Under the pieces are notes generated by a model, which was not told where the DNA came from, searched no databases, and saw only the letters and a list, made by a program, of their open reading frames with translations. This document shows positions 36,323 to 49,660 of a stretch of DNA of 64,000 bases, piece by piece. Source of the stretch: Octopus bimaculoides (taxonomy: Eukaryota); contig NC_068997.1 in assembly GCF_001194135.2 (NCBI RefSeq), positions 34,661,978 to 34,725,977 on the forward strand, read 5' to 3'. The position numbers were made by a program, and so were the translations under genes. Every line of letters begins with the position of its first letter. Position 1 is the stretch's first letter.

Positions 36323-38629
36323 GGGGAAGCTTGGGAGAGTTGGGTCATTTTCTACATTTCAATATGATACAAAGTCTCTGTACATAAGAAAGAATTCTTT
36401 ACCAACTTGTAACATTCATAGACTTGCAACGTATACATGCCCGGGATGTAGTTTCAAATGGGTGTAAACTGAAACAAGAACATGCTTTTTAAAGGGTAGT
36501 GATTAGACGCAACCCTCCCTGGGATGGTGTGAGTTGGGACATGGAGAGGGGAGAGTTGGGATATGTATAGGGGAGAGTTGGGACAAAAGGTGACTTGAGA
36601 TAAGTAATATTTTGAAGCGTTGAGATCTCCACTTCGTTCAACATTCGAATTAGCAGTTTTGGTGAAAGTTGATGGTTCCTGTGAAATTTTGGGTGACTCT
36701 GTCATTGGCTAAGAAACTGGTGTTTCTTTGAAATTTGATTGGAGAACATCTGCTTTGTTTTCACAAAATGATGCTGGAAGATCTCGATCTGTTACTACTG
36801 CAGGTGCAAACTCTGTCTCACAGAACACATCTTGATTAAAGGTATACATTCTCGTTCGTTGAAACTCAGAGATAATGTTTTGGGCAGTAAGACAATGTAT
36901 CTGAGCATGTGAAACAAACTCAGGAGTGTCACATACTGTAATCGACTTTCCGGGGTGGGAACGCATCCAGTTATCAACCACTCGACTATATGCCGTCTTG
37001 AATGACTTATAGCAGCTCACATCCAACGGTTTGAACTTGTGACTTGTGTGAGGTAGGATTGTAAAAAATATCACCCCATTTTTTTTGGCCAAGTCAATAG
37101 CTGCTAGAAACACATGAGTTTCATGATTGTCCAAAATTAACAACACTTTCTTCTCTTTGCTGCACCTGGTGTAGGTTATAAAGTGTTTTAAATAAGTTAT
37201 AAACATATCTTCTTAATCCATTCACTGGAATTGGCTTCTCCGATACATCCTGCAGGGCCATCTTTGATAAAATAATCCCAATAGTTTTTTCATGGGAAGA
37301 TCGGCAGTTGTGGAACAACACTTCCTGCTGTATTAACTGCATACACTACTGTTACAAGTTGTCCTCTCTCGCCGGAAATTATAGATCTTGCTTGTTTCAC
37401 TCTCTGTACAGCAATGACATTTTCAGATTGCTGCACAGTTGTGCACCCGGTTTCATCTGCGTTATAAATGTCGTGGCATTCAAGCTTGTATAGGTCCATA
37501 ACACTCTTTAAGTTGTAAAACTTGCCAACGTTATAGCGATTGAACGCAGTTGCTCTAGCAAGAGATGTAGCCTCTGATGTTCGAACTGTTAGATGGTTTT
37601 TCTTTCTTTAAAGGATATCCAAAAATGCTCACCAGTCTTTCTGTTTTGTTACAAAGTATCAGGGACCGTAACATTGTTTCTTAATGCATACTACACTATC
37701 AACTTATGGCATTTATTTCGTGTGAGTCCGTGGAACTGCTTAGCTAATGTCTTTATGTGAGTTGATAACTCAGCTTCCATCTCTATGAAAATGTCATATT
37801 TTTCATCTTGCAGTTTTTGTACCCAAGCACTTCGTTTTGTTCGTCATTTTGTTGATTGCATTTGTCTATATATATTTTTAGTGTTATTCTTGCTATATTG
37901 AAATCTTTAGCAGCAGAATGGATACTGCATCCTTCCCTGGTGTGATCTCTGGCCCTACTTAAATCGTCTTCTGCAGCCCCACGATTAGTCGTTCGGATAT
38001 ATTTCCGAGGCATCTGAAAAAATCAATACATATGCAAATTTTAGCCAGTATAAAGGCAGGTAGATCAAAATTTAATCCTTCATGTTGAATTGAAAGCCCT
38101 ATATAGTTTTGCTTCAAGGCACTTAAACTCGAAAGCAAACACAACTCATTAACAGCTACCGGAGTTTTTTTTTATCATAGGAAGTAATAAAATTAACAGG
38201 TTGTTTTTTCACCACACATTAATAAAGGGAGAGTTGGGACACTGCTCAACTTTCCCATACATAGATGTCCCAACTCTCCCCATTTCTTTCCATCTTAACT
38301 TCATACATCATTGTAACTATAACTATTACACGTTTTTTTTTTAACACTCACAGTGATAGAGAAACGATACAGGTATATGACAAAATGCATTCAATCAGAA
38401 TGCTACATACTATTACAGAAATATGAACATGCTTACCTTCAACCCCAATTTTCACTTTTCGGCGTAAAAATTGATTTTTTCAAAAAATGACTGTATAAAC
38501 TGCCTACACCTATTAAATTTCTGGAAGTGCTTCCAATAGGTGGCAGTAATTACTTTTTATAATTTATAGATTTAGGGGAAATTGTTGTGTCTCAACTCTC
38601 CCTGTGGCTCAACTCTCCCAAGCTTCCCC
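36323..38629 (-). mobile_element. Full-length pogo/Tigger-like (DDE_1) DNA transposon, frameshifted
   Basis: TIR GGGGAAGCTTGGGAGAGTTG at both ends; TA TSD 36321-22 and 38630-31; N-terminal MPRKY..SIHSAAKDFNI HTH, NADETG, LILDNHETH, PHTSHKFKPLDV. Confidence 0.93.
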
Positions 38630-38754
38630 TATAATATGCCTATTCTATATTATTCAGTACGCTCTTTTTTAAGATGGGAAATTGGGATTTGTGGAAGATA
38701 TGGCTGCTATTTCTGGAAAATCCAACGGTTACGTATGTAAATACTCGCTGATAT

Positions 38755-39109
38755 TGTTTTATTCTCTTTTACTTGTTTCAGTCTTTTGACTGTGGCCATG
38801 CTGGAGCACCGCCTTTAGTCGAGCAAATCGACCCCAGGACTTATTCTTTCGAAGCCTAGTACTTATTCTATCGATCTCTTTTGCCGAACCGCAAAGTTAC
38901 GGGGACATAAACACACCAGCATCGGTTGTCAAGCGATGATAGGGGGGACAAACACACATACAAACATATACACACACATACATATATATATATATACATA
39001 TATACGACGGGCTTCTTTCAGTTTCCGTCTACCAAATCCACTCACGCAGTGGGACTGAACCCGGGACCATGTGGTTGGTAAGCTAGCTACTTACCACACA
39101 GCCACTCCT
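38755..39109 (-). mobile_element. SINE family 1, internally deleted
   Basis: Reverse complement of the 49810 copy. Confidence 0.9.
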
Positions 39110-39144
39110 ATTATTATAATTATTAATAATTATTATACCTTTTG

Positions 39145-39356
39145 GGCGACGAGCTGGCACAACCGTTAGCACGCCGGGCATTCTGCTTAGCGGCATTTCG
39201 TCCGTCTCTAGGTTCTGAGTTCAAATTCCGCCGAGGTTAACTTTGCCTGTCATTTTTTTCCGGATCGATAAGATAAGTATCACTTGAACGCTGTAGTCGT
39301 TGTAATCGACTTAGCCCCTCCCACAGAATTGCTGGTGTTATGCCAAAATTTGAAAC
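39145..39356 (+). mobile_element. SINE family 2, near full-length
   Basis: Head GGCGACGAGCTGGCAC, B-box-like GAGTTCAAATTC; further fragments at 39590-39700 and about 39820-39900. Confidence 0.85.
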
Positions 39357-41169
39357 CAATACAGTAATCTCGAAGGTATCACGTTCCGATAGATGAAAAT
39401 CCGCGAAGTAGAAACAGTACTGTGTATATATATATATATATTTTATTTTAATAATTTGTATATATTTATTTTATTATAAATGCAAAACAACACCACGGAA
39501 GAATCGACGTAAGCTTAAATAATAAATGGCAATAGGTGAACCGCGATATGGGCAGGCATTACTGTATCTATTATGGCCTTGAAGATTGCTAACTGGCAGA
39601 CTCGTTAGCACGCCGAGCTAAATGCTTAGCGGAATTTCTGAGTTGAAATTCTGCCGAGGTCGATTTTGCTGTTTGGTGTCGATAAGATAAGTATCAATAT
39701 CTATTATGGCATTAGACAGAACAAGAAATTATTAGTAGAATGAATTACTATGGGATTCTTGGGATTCTTCAAAGAGGAAGACTAAATACCTGCAGCTTTT
39801 AATCACAGTCCATTTTAAGTTCGGTGGGTGTTTAATTACTCAGGTTAATGTGGTCTTTTTTTTATTTCCGAGGTCGATAAAATAAAATACTAGACAAATA
39901 CATGAATAGATTTGATATTCTTATAAAGCAAACTATGTGAAGGGACTATAATGGACATTAATATCAAGTGAAGACATGGTTGTTAAACTTAGCTCAACCT
40001 TTATCCAGCACGCAAGTGAGTATTGTCAAAGTTTCCTTCCGTTTTTAAAATAGAAAGATGTGTTCTCATGGAGGTTGACTGCTATTTCTAATTACTTCCA
40101 AATGCAGTACACATTCCTTATTTCTGATGGCTATAAAATCAAAATGCAACAGGACTAGGGGCGAGGTTGACATTTTAAAAACTTTTATTGCATAACACAT
40201 TCAGAAGAAACCCTTCATTTAATTCTAGATAGGTTTTTAGACTGAACCTAAATGAATAATCCAGTAATCTCTTTATCCTTTCGAGAAAGATTAAAATTAC
40301 TTATATTGATAGATTTTTACTCTTCATACTTCACTGATCTACAGATGTCATTAGATGTAATTCTAGACTCTGTTCCGCTAAATTCCGGAAGACGTATAAT
40401 AATAGGGGTACTATTTTTAGCTCACGCAGTCCTGCCACAGATATAAATACAATTTTGATCATTTCATTTGGAATTATACACTAGTTTTGAGTTTATGAGA
40501 ACCAAAGCAAAGCTCATTAATCACATTAGAAATATTATAGTAATCAGCAACGACAAGGGGTATCATAAGGAGTTAAGACGTCTAAAGTTGCAGGCAAAGT
40601 TGCTTTGACTTACTAATGTTGTCATGTAATGATCGGCAGCAGTGAAAAAGCAGTTAGGAAGTAAATAGAGAAAGTAAACACACGGACAACACATGCATTT
40701 TACAAAGTAATGACGTATAATTATAATAAAATTTCATATATTCGTCCCAAAAAAGCAAACTAAACGCCTAAACATTTGTCTACCATAGCGATGAAGCAAT
40801 TACATTTTACATGCCGGAGATAAGATACAGAAGTCAGGAAATGTTGATGGGTTTTGGACCCTTATTGTTCCAAACCAACTGTAAGGGACTAACATATGAA
40901 AATGGAAAAGAATCTTAAAATAGCCTGAGAACATATTCGTGTCCTAACGACAATACACAGGCGCACGCGCAGACACACACGCGCGCATTCACGCACGCAC
41001 ACACACATACACGCACATATACGCGTGCACACACCACACAAACACACACGCACTTACGCACGCATGCACACACAAAAACACGAGCGTCAAATCGATACCA
41101 AATCAATGTTTATTTTGGCTCTAAGATAACTGCCCCCGGAAAAATTTCGACTGAGATAATTGCGACTCT

Positions 41170-42072
41170 GGATCTTTCTGATTTTGCAGACACCACTTGT
41201 TTTCTTAACGAAACACTTTCAAACTTGGGACACTGGTAGAATGTGTCATATAAAACATCTTTTACTCTTAGTGTTATTGAGAAAAGTTTATATTTTTAAA
41301 GATATCTCGCGTTAAAATTGTCATATTTCGGTAATTTCAACCAATCACCGACGTCTGTTGAGGTGAAAACAGTTACTGCTGTGGATTGTCAACAAAATGT
41401 TGTGGTGGTGTAATGGGATCTTTTCCCTTGAATGAAATTAGTGCCGTTGTTTGTCAACAAAAACTATCGGTGGTACTGTTATTTATGACATCGTCCGTGC
41501 GTTTGTACTGGTTTTAGCTTTAAGGTTTTAGGGTTAGGGTTCGGGTTTTAGAGTTAGGGTTAGGGTTTTAGGGTTAGGGTTAGGGTTAGGGTTATTAGTA
41601 TTTTTGCCAAATTTGGTGAAAAATTTGTGGCGGTGTATTGNNNNNNNNNNNNNNNNNNNNNNNNNNNNNNNNNNNNNNNNNNNNNNNNNNNNNNNNNNNN
41701 NNNNNGAACCCTAACCCTAAAGCTAAAACCAGTACAAACGCCCGAACGATGTCATAAATAACAGTAACGCCGATAGTTGTTGTTGACAAACAACGGCACT
41801 AATCTTATTCAAGGGAAAAGATCCCATTACATCGCCACAACGTGTTGTTGACAATCTACAGCAGTAATTGTTTTTACCTCAATAGACGTCAGTGATTGGT
41901 TGAAATTATCGAAATACGACAACTTTTAACATGAAATAACTTCGAATATAAAAATTTTTCTCTGTTCTATAAGACAAAATTTACAAGTATACGAAGTTTT
42001 AAAGTGTTTCGGTAGAAAACACACTAAATAAAAACTAAATAAAAAATGGTGTCCGCCAAATCAGAAAGATCC
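41170..42072. mobile_element. Foldback/MITE-like element with about 370-bp arms ending internally in telomere-type repeats
   Basis: 41170-41540 is the imperfect reverse complement of 41706-42072; termini GGATCTTTCTGATTT / AAATCAGAAAGATCC. Confidence 0.85.
41528..41592 (+). repeat. Interstitial (TTAGGG)n-type repeat with variants
   Basis: About 10 TTAGGG/TTTTAGGG/TTCGGG units; CCCTAACCCTAA on the opposite arm at about 41709. Confidence 0.9.
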
Positions 42073-42322
42073 GCCACTCGGAACATTGCCCATGTAGGGA
42101 AATTGCAACTGGGAACACTGTCACTCGGAACATTGCCCATGTGTCAACATTGCCACTGAGAAAACTGCTTGGTGAGAGCATAGCAACAGGGAAATATTCA
42201 GTAAAATTTTACTTTCACACACGTCAACAATTATGAATGAAATACTTGTGTGGGTGAGTGTGTGTGCCTATAGATGTGGATGTATGTGCATGTATACATG
42301 TGTTAGTATGTATATATGTATG

Positions 42323-42361
<39 letters not shown>

Positions 42362-42515
42362 GGGGGGAGAGTAATCGGTTGTAGTAACCGACTAAGAGAT
42401 AAAATATCTGTATATACTATCAGTATCCGTTACCTGTGTTAACCTCGGGCAATGACGTGCAGGGACATCATATACGTCGAGCGCAGGTAACAACAGAATA
42501 AACAAAAGTTTTTCA

Positions 42516-43787
42516 GGAACCAATGCAGATAATTGGAAAATGGAGAAAAACATAGATTAACCAGCGCATCGATAGGACTACATTTTAAAGCATATTTATT
42601 GATACAATGCAAGGTAATACAAGTCTAACAGCTGTTTCTGATCAAAATACCTGAATGCAGTCTATACATAAATGCGACAATAACATTCTTCATCTTCATA
42701 GGACATTCGAATTAAGGCAACAGATCTTTATCAGAATGAAAAACAAGAGCTTACAATATAAACAAAAGGAAGAAGGAAAAGGAAAGAAAACATGGCTTAG
42801 ACAAATAGTCTAGAAGTCAAATATGTTAAATGCACACTTATTTACCATCAGGGCTCAAAGAGCGTAGATGAGAGAGTGAGCTGTTAAAGAACTAGGGAAT
42901 ACTACAAATTATTAACGGGAGGGTACAGTTAGGAGTTGGGGCCAGGCTGTTAAAAAAAAAGAAGTTATCAAGAAGCTTTATGTAAAGAAAAGAAAATATT
43001 AACATAAATATCAAAGGTCAAATCTATGTTAATGGAGGTAAACAAATTAACGTAGGTTACTAAAGTAAAAATTTACTCACAAGAAATTAATACCAAGAAT
43101 CCTCCCTATGGGCCACAATGGGGTACGTCTCAGCCCAGCGGTCTCTACATTGGTCAGTAACAGCTTAAACAGGTCGCCTGTTAAAACTGTTACAAAGGAT
43201 TTGCTTATAAATAAACAAGAAAAAGAAAGGAAGGAACAGGTAAGAGAGATAAACTAATGAGAAAAATTTAAGGGCCGCTTATGTCCTTTTGCATCTTAAC
43301 GGTATAACATGCGAGAGAAAAACATAATGAGACCAACAGGTTATTTTTAAGGGAAGGTAACAGGTCCTGGTAGGCCATCAGTTCAATGAAAACAAGGAAA
43401 AAAAAGGAAAGAAAAGGAAAAATATATTGCTGAACCTCGTATATAGCGAATTTTAGTAAAACTTCAGCATATACCAGTATATATAATTAAGTATATACCA
43501 GTATGTGTACTGAGACTTATCCCATTGTGGACCATAGGGGTGATTCTTGGTATTAATTTCCTGTGAGTAAATTTTTACTTTAGTAACCTACGGTAATTTG
43601 TTTACCTTTACTTAAGTTTAGACTGCATATAGACTGCATATAGACTGCATTCAGGTATTTTGATCAGAAATAGCTGTTAGACTTGTATTACCTTGCATTG
43701 TATCAATAAATATGCTTTAAAATGTAGTCCTATCGATGCGCTGGTTAATTTGTTTTTCTCCATTTTCTAATTATCTACATTGGTTCC
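42516..43787. repeat. Nested long inverted repeat
   Basis: Outer arms 42516-42666/43639-43787; inner arms 43037-43133/43510-43606. Confidence 0.9.
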
Positions 43788-43828
43788 TAATACATATATC
43801 AAAATAAGCAACAGGATATCAAGTAGTG

Positions 43829-43916
43829 ATGCATTACGACCGTTTCAAGAGGCTCCACTTAATTGAACAATGTAATCATTACATCAATTTAAATGCAGTG
43901 CCATCTTCAGCTGCAC
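43829..43916 (-). ncRNA. Type I hammerhead-like motif with long stem II (non-canonical)
   Basis: Minus strand GTGCAG-CTGAAGA-T-GGC...GCC-TCTT-GAAAC-GGTC-GT-A-ATGCAT; extra nucleotides before GAAA. Confidence 0.5.
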
Positions 43917-44121
43917 AAATAAATAAATGCAATTTTAGCAAGTAAGACACATAAAGATAATTTTTACCAAATATTTTAACAGAGCAAGAAGATGGAAAAA
44001 ATAGTCTAAACTTAGCTACAGAAGCGAAAACATGAATTTCTTCCATCTTCTTGCTCTGTTAAAATATTTGAGAAAAATTATATCAGTGTGTCCTACTTAT
44101 TAACATTCTATTTGTTTATTT

Positions 44122-44209
44122 GTGCAGCTGAAGATGACACTGCTTTTAAATTGATGTAATGATTGCATTGTTCAATTAGATGGAGCCACTTGAAATGGTC
44201 GTATGCATC
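44122..44209 (+). ncRNA. Type I hammerhead-like motif (decayed twin of 43829)
   Basis: GTGCAG-CTGAAGA 44128-34 ... GAAA 44192-95, T-GGTC-GT-A-TGCAT. Confidence 0.4.
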
Positions 44210-44568
44210 ACTACTTGATACCTTGTTGCTTATTTTGATTTGATTCACCTTATTTCGGACTGTGCGGATAATACTGGACTGACCTGATGCTTCAACTTAA
44301 GTATCTAACTCACCTGAATCTCAATTATATATATATATATGCATGTGTGTTTATGTATATGTGTGTGCGTACATCTGTATGTATATGTGCATGTATACAT
44401 ATGCATGTGTGTATATATACGTGTATGTATTTATATATATCTATATGCGTGTGTAGGCGTATATATATGCCTGAATGCATATATAAATATGTGTGTATGT
44501 GTGTATATATGTGTGCCTGTATGTATGTGTGATGTATGTGTGTGTATACATTTCTATACACTCACGTG

Positions 44569-44633
<65 letters not shown>

Positions 44634-44800
44634 TCATACACATGAATATATATATACACACAAATATATACACACACTCACACATATATATACACACACA
44701 CACACGCACGCATATATATATATACATACATACATGCATACATACATATACGCACACATACATGCAGACCCAGGTACACACATATACATAAACACACATA

Positions 44801-45379
44801 CACAGACATGCAGGAAGTAAATAAACACGTATAATTTTCAAAATTTCTTATCTAAGCGTCTTAATATGTTTTCAGCAGTCTAGAATTTACAATGCAATTA
44901 TTCTTTTTCATTCACTGTGCCATTATATTGAGCATTTGCGAAGAGTAACCATGCCACGCACAAAAAAATTCAGCACAACTGTCAGATTTTCAAAGATGTC
45001 GTATTGTTGGGCCATCTAAGGCTAGTCTTAGCCAGCGAAAAATTGCCAAAAATCTTTAAATTCCTCTTGTTACTGTTAATAGAATTATAGTGCAATTCAA
45101 AAGCCAAGGAAATGAACCAACAGATTCTTGTCCCGGCCGACCTGGGCCCTTGGAAAAGAAGCTTCGCTGTTTGAGGAGAATTGTGGGAAACGAACCCCGT
45201 TCGAAGGCTTCTGACATTGCAAAACAGCTAGAAGTTAGTCCAAGAACGTGTGTTACATATCTGCATAAGTATGGGTATTATGGAAGAGCAGCTAGAAGAA
45301 AACCTCTCCTTCAACCAATTAATATGAAATAAAAGATTTTGAAAATTAAAGGTGTCTATTTACTTCCTGCATGTCTGTG
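44801..45379 (+). mobile_element. Tc1-like transposon, internal deletion derivative
   Basis: TIR CACAGACATGCAGGAAGTAAATA and its complement; TA at 44799-800 and 45380-81; N-terminal transposase IAKQLEVSPRT..YGRAARRKPLL; DDE region missing. Confidence 0.9.
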
Positions 45380-45530
45380 TACATCTACACACACACAAAC
45401 ATACTCATACACATACGCGCACATACATATACACACATGCATACGCACACAAACATATACACACACACACATATATACGCACACAACTATACACACATAC
45501 ACGCACAGACACATACAGGCGCACATATAC

Positions 45531-47380
45531 TAGGGCACGTTGATTTTCCACACTTTTCTAGTTAATGATTTTGGACTAACCGAGGTAGTGAGGGCTTAAT
45601 ATAATAACAACTGACAAAAAATCCATCTGCCTAGCTTTAACCGTATTTTGAGGAAACGGTTTCAAAACACTTCAAAATACTGTAACAAAAAAATACCGCA
45701 TTTTTACCATTTTCGGTCGAGAAAAACATGTTATTGCCATTTGAAAAATCCACACAAATGTTGCATCTTTATTAAAAACAAGAAAAAAACTTGTACAAAC
45801 TCTATAGAGGAGTCAAAGACAAACTTAGATAACAAAATCATGAAGATTTACATTGTAAGAGTCCTTAGAAGCAAAGAAAGGCCTCATACGCTGGCTTAGA
45901 GTTTATCAACTATTATCTGTTTCACATCAAAGCCAGGCCTAAGCAAGTCCATAGTTTGTAAGTCAAGGAGGAGAGCATTAGCAAGACTTGCCCCAAGACT
46001 GGAAGAAAAACCTGATCAATTCCATGGCATATCTGGTGTTTTTCAAAAGACAGTAATATCTACTTGGGTGCCGCCTTGACTTGAACTCGTCATCATTAGA
46101 TGACCGAAATAAAAACAAAAAAAATTAATGAAGAGAAAATGTGGAAGAGAGTGGGAATGGAAGACAAAAAGTAGAGATAAATTAGACTAAAAATGGATCC
46201 ACATGTAGGAAAAAATATTATCTACTGATTCTCCCGAGCTGGATCTCAACGAAATATCTTGTGAGCAAGTATAGCCAAACCCACCTCCTGCTGCTGTTGA
46301 ACCTGTCTCTGTAATCTTTCTGCCTTAGCTACAACTTTTTAGTTTCTCTTCACAGCAGCTTTATCTACAGACTGGAGCTGGAAAGAGCTCTTGGGTCCTA
46401 TTTTCGCCCACTAATCTCTTAAGTATTCCCTTTCCTCTACTGGAATCCGAAATATTCAAGTATATTGAACAGCGGATTTAAGATATGAGATAAAATCATG
46501 AAAAGATTAATGATTAATTTTTTACACCAGAGGGATTATAGGAGGAAAATGTGTATATTTTCTACTTACCTCCATGGGATTTTCTTCTATTTAAAAGGCA
46601 ACTAATCGAGCTAAGTCAGATTAGTTAATAGTTTAAAGAATAGCTTTACTTTCTTACTGAGAGGACATGTGGTGCAGATTATGTACAGAACTTGACAATT
46701 TTCTTTCGTACGCTTCACAGCATTGTCATCACAAGGCCAAACAGGTAGCTTACAGGTGTAGCAGAAATGTCAAATATTTTATCCAGTTTTTCTCCGTATT
46801 CTGCTTCTTGATCGTGGAAAGAGATTTGCGATTTATGTCTTTTGCTTTCTTGAAACACACTTTATCTACCAATTTCATTACATAATATTCCTCATACAGA
46901 GGCAGCCGTGGGTTCACTGTCTGCCAGATCTCAACTACATCCTTTGCTATTATTTTACCAATATCATAGTCTTTCGAGTCCGGGTGGCTGTTTTGTGTGT
47001 GTATATGGGTGTGTGTATGTATGTATGTGTGTGTGCGTGTGTGTGTATATACGTGTTTAGGTTTGAGTATATATGTTTGCAAATTTGGCTTACAAAAGTT
47101 TCCAGTAGCTTTTGCTATGTGTGAATAGATAAGTGAAAGAATTGGAGTCAACAAGGAGTACGGTTGGACATTTATTTTCAATCGCTACAATTGCTTCTAC
47201 TCAACGTAGTCCTCCAGGCGTGCAGATGCATGATTACGCAACCGTTTCCCTGTGTTTTGAGATCTAGCAGTATCTCCTCAGGTGATGTGAAAATATTGTC
47301 TCCGTAAGTTCAAATTCTAGACTTCAAGAGCATTCTCTCTGTCTGTTGTGACCTCAAGTTAGTAGAAGCCACTTTTTCAA
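45531..47380 (-). mobile_element. Decayed DNA-transposon remnant, probably hAT (hATm-like) N-terminal region
   Basis: Minus-strand IAKDVVEIWQ, LDKIFDI..C.CKL, IPVE.EREYLRD..SVDKAAVKR, GASLANALLLD..IIVDK; TAGGG-type terminus at 45531. The family name rests on recalled motifs. Confidence 0.5.
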
Positions 47381-47799
47381 TTATATATTTATTTATATAT
47401 ATATATATATATNNNNNNNNNNNNNNNNNNNNNNNNNNNNNNNNNNNNNNNNNNNNNNNNNNNNNNNNNNNNNNNNNNNNNNNNNNNNNNNNNNNNNNNN
47501 NNNNNNNNNNNNNNNNNNNNNNNNNNNNNNNNNNNNNNNNNNNNNNNNNNNNNNNNNNNNNNNNNNNNNNNNNNNNNNNNNNNNNNNNNNNNNNNNNNNN
47601 NNNNNNNNNNNNNNNNNNNNNNNNNNNNNNNNNNNNNNNNNNNNNNNNNNNNNNNNNNNNNNNNNNNNNNNNNNNNNNNNNNNNNNNNNNNNNNNNNNNN
47701 NNNNNNNNNNNNNNNNNNNNNNNNNNNNNNNNNNNNNNNNNNNNNNNNNNNNNNNNNNNNNNNNNNNNNNNNNTATATATATATATATATATATATCAA

Positions 47800-49660
47800 T
47801 GAATGAAATTAATATAATAATTGAAGCTAGAAAAACTATAATCTCTCGTCAAGGATTGGAGGACTAAGGAGGACACTCCAGATTGTTTCGATATACCGAT
47901 GGGCACGCAAGACTCCGCTGAAGTCACCGACTTAGTTGGAATTTACCTTTTACACTTACGCAAAGAAGAAATCCCTGAATCGGAAGGTGGGTTTTATTTA
48001 GACGACGCACTGTTTTTAGTTAGAAATACCTCCAACAGAAAACTTGAGCTATACAAAAAAAGATCCCACATCTTCTTCAAAAACCAAGGACTAGCCATCA
48101 CCATTGAAAAAAATTACAACTCAGTGAACTTCTTAGACGTTAACTTTAACCTTAATACATCATCTTATCAACCTTACTATAAACCTGATAATAATATCAC
48201 ACACATACATGCATAAAGTTACCATCCTTATAATATAAATAATCTAACTTCTAACATAGAAAGTAGAATTAACTTATTATCATCCAATGAGGAAATTTTT
48301 AACAAGCACAAAGACTATTATAATCTAGCACTTAAGAAGGCAGGATATATCGAATTAAGTACAACAAAGACAACAACACCTATTCTAATTATCCCGATAA
48401 CTATCGAGATAAGAACAATACTATTACCATATTACTGAACCCACATCAACTAGTAAGTTAGAAAACCCAGACACACAATTAAATTCTCTCAATAATAATC
48501 ATCAGCAATACATTACCAACAGACACAAATCCTACAACAATAAGCATTATATTAATAAACTCTGTAAATATAAGCACCATAACCATAACCTCTGTAATAG
48601 AAAGAATAACACTAATTTTACCAACCCGCAAATCACCAAATACACTGTTAATAATGTAATCAAATACACTATTAATAATGTAATCAAACCCAAGTATACG
48701 GACAATAACTACCGAAAATAAATAACTATAGATAGAAATAAGAACATGAAGCCTACACACTTCGAAAATCAAACTTATCCCATTGAAAATCAAACTTACA
48801 TCACATCCTTCAAATAATTCACATAACCATATAAATCATATTAATAAAGTTAGGAATAATATAGGAAAAAGAAACCTACACCGTATGTATGAATAGATGA
48901 CCCACAAAATATAAACTACGACAATAAAGAAGACAACAATAACATCATTTGGATCATAATGCCTTTTGCAAAACATCTAAAATCTAATTTTATTAAATCT
49001 ATTAGAAACATTATTAAAAAGAAAACTTTAAAACCTCTAAATATGCAAAAATATTTAATAACAAAATGATGAGATTTGGATTTTCAGTATCTCCTAACCT
49101 ATTTAGGATCCTCTCTTCATTTAACGATAGGAAACTAGACCCATTCTACAATTAAAAAAATAATATACATGCTAACCCCAATAATTCCATATCTAATAAC
49201 AACAATTATCAGAATAACCTAACCTCAATTACCCCTAATACATATAGACATTACAATAGAGTACCTACAAATTGTAATTTCAGAAACCCGAATACTTGTG
49301 AGGTAGAAGGTAACTGTATTACCCATAATCTCTCAAAATTTGCTTACACTGGATGTACACAAAATTCTTTCAAATTAAGATTAAATAATCATAGATCATC
49401 CTTTAATGACCATAGAAAAGAAAATAGCACAGGTCTATCTAAAAAGGTTTGGCAACTGAAAAGAAGTAATATCGATTACTCGATTTCTTGTAAAATTCTT
49501 TCTTCAGCTCCATCTTATAGGGATAATAACAAGATCTGTAACTTATGCCTAGAAGAGAGAAAATAATGAAAATGAACGGTTTTCTTGCAAATTCGAGGGA
49601 TGAAATAATTTTTTCATGCAGACATATGTTAAAATTCCTTTTTATTAATCTTAAATAATT
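47800..49660 (+). mobile_element. Penelope-like element 1 (RT C-terminal half + GIY-YIG region), decayed
   Basis: FDIPMGTQDSAEV, YLDD, NFLDV, YKPDN, ALKKAGY; CNFRN..C..EGNC, YTGCT..FKLRLNNHRSSF, CNLCLEE. Confidence 0.92.

Larger units (their letters stand above)
43798..44239. repeat. 442-bp foldback with about 205-bp arms, each carrying a hammerhead-like motif
   Basis: 43798-44002 is the imperfect reverse complement of 44036-44239. Confidence 0.9.

Noticed and set aside
39360-39430. GAAAC plus palindrome ACAGTACTGT
   Set aside because: No CUGANGA core; more like a Tigger/pogo-type MITE end.
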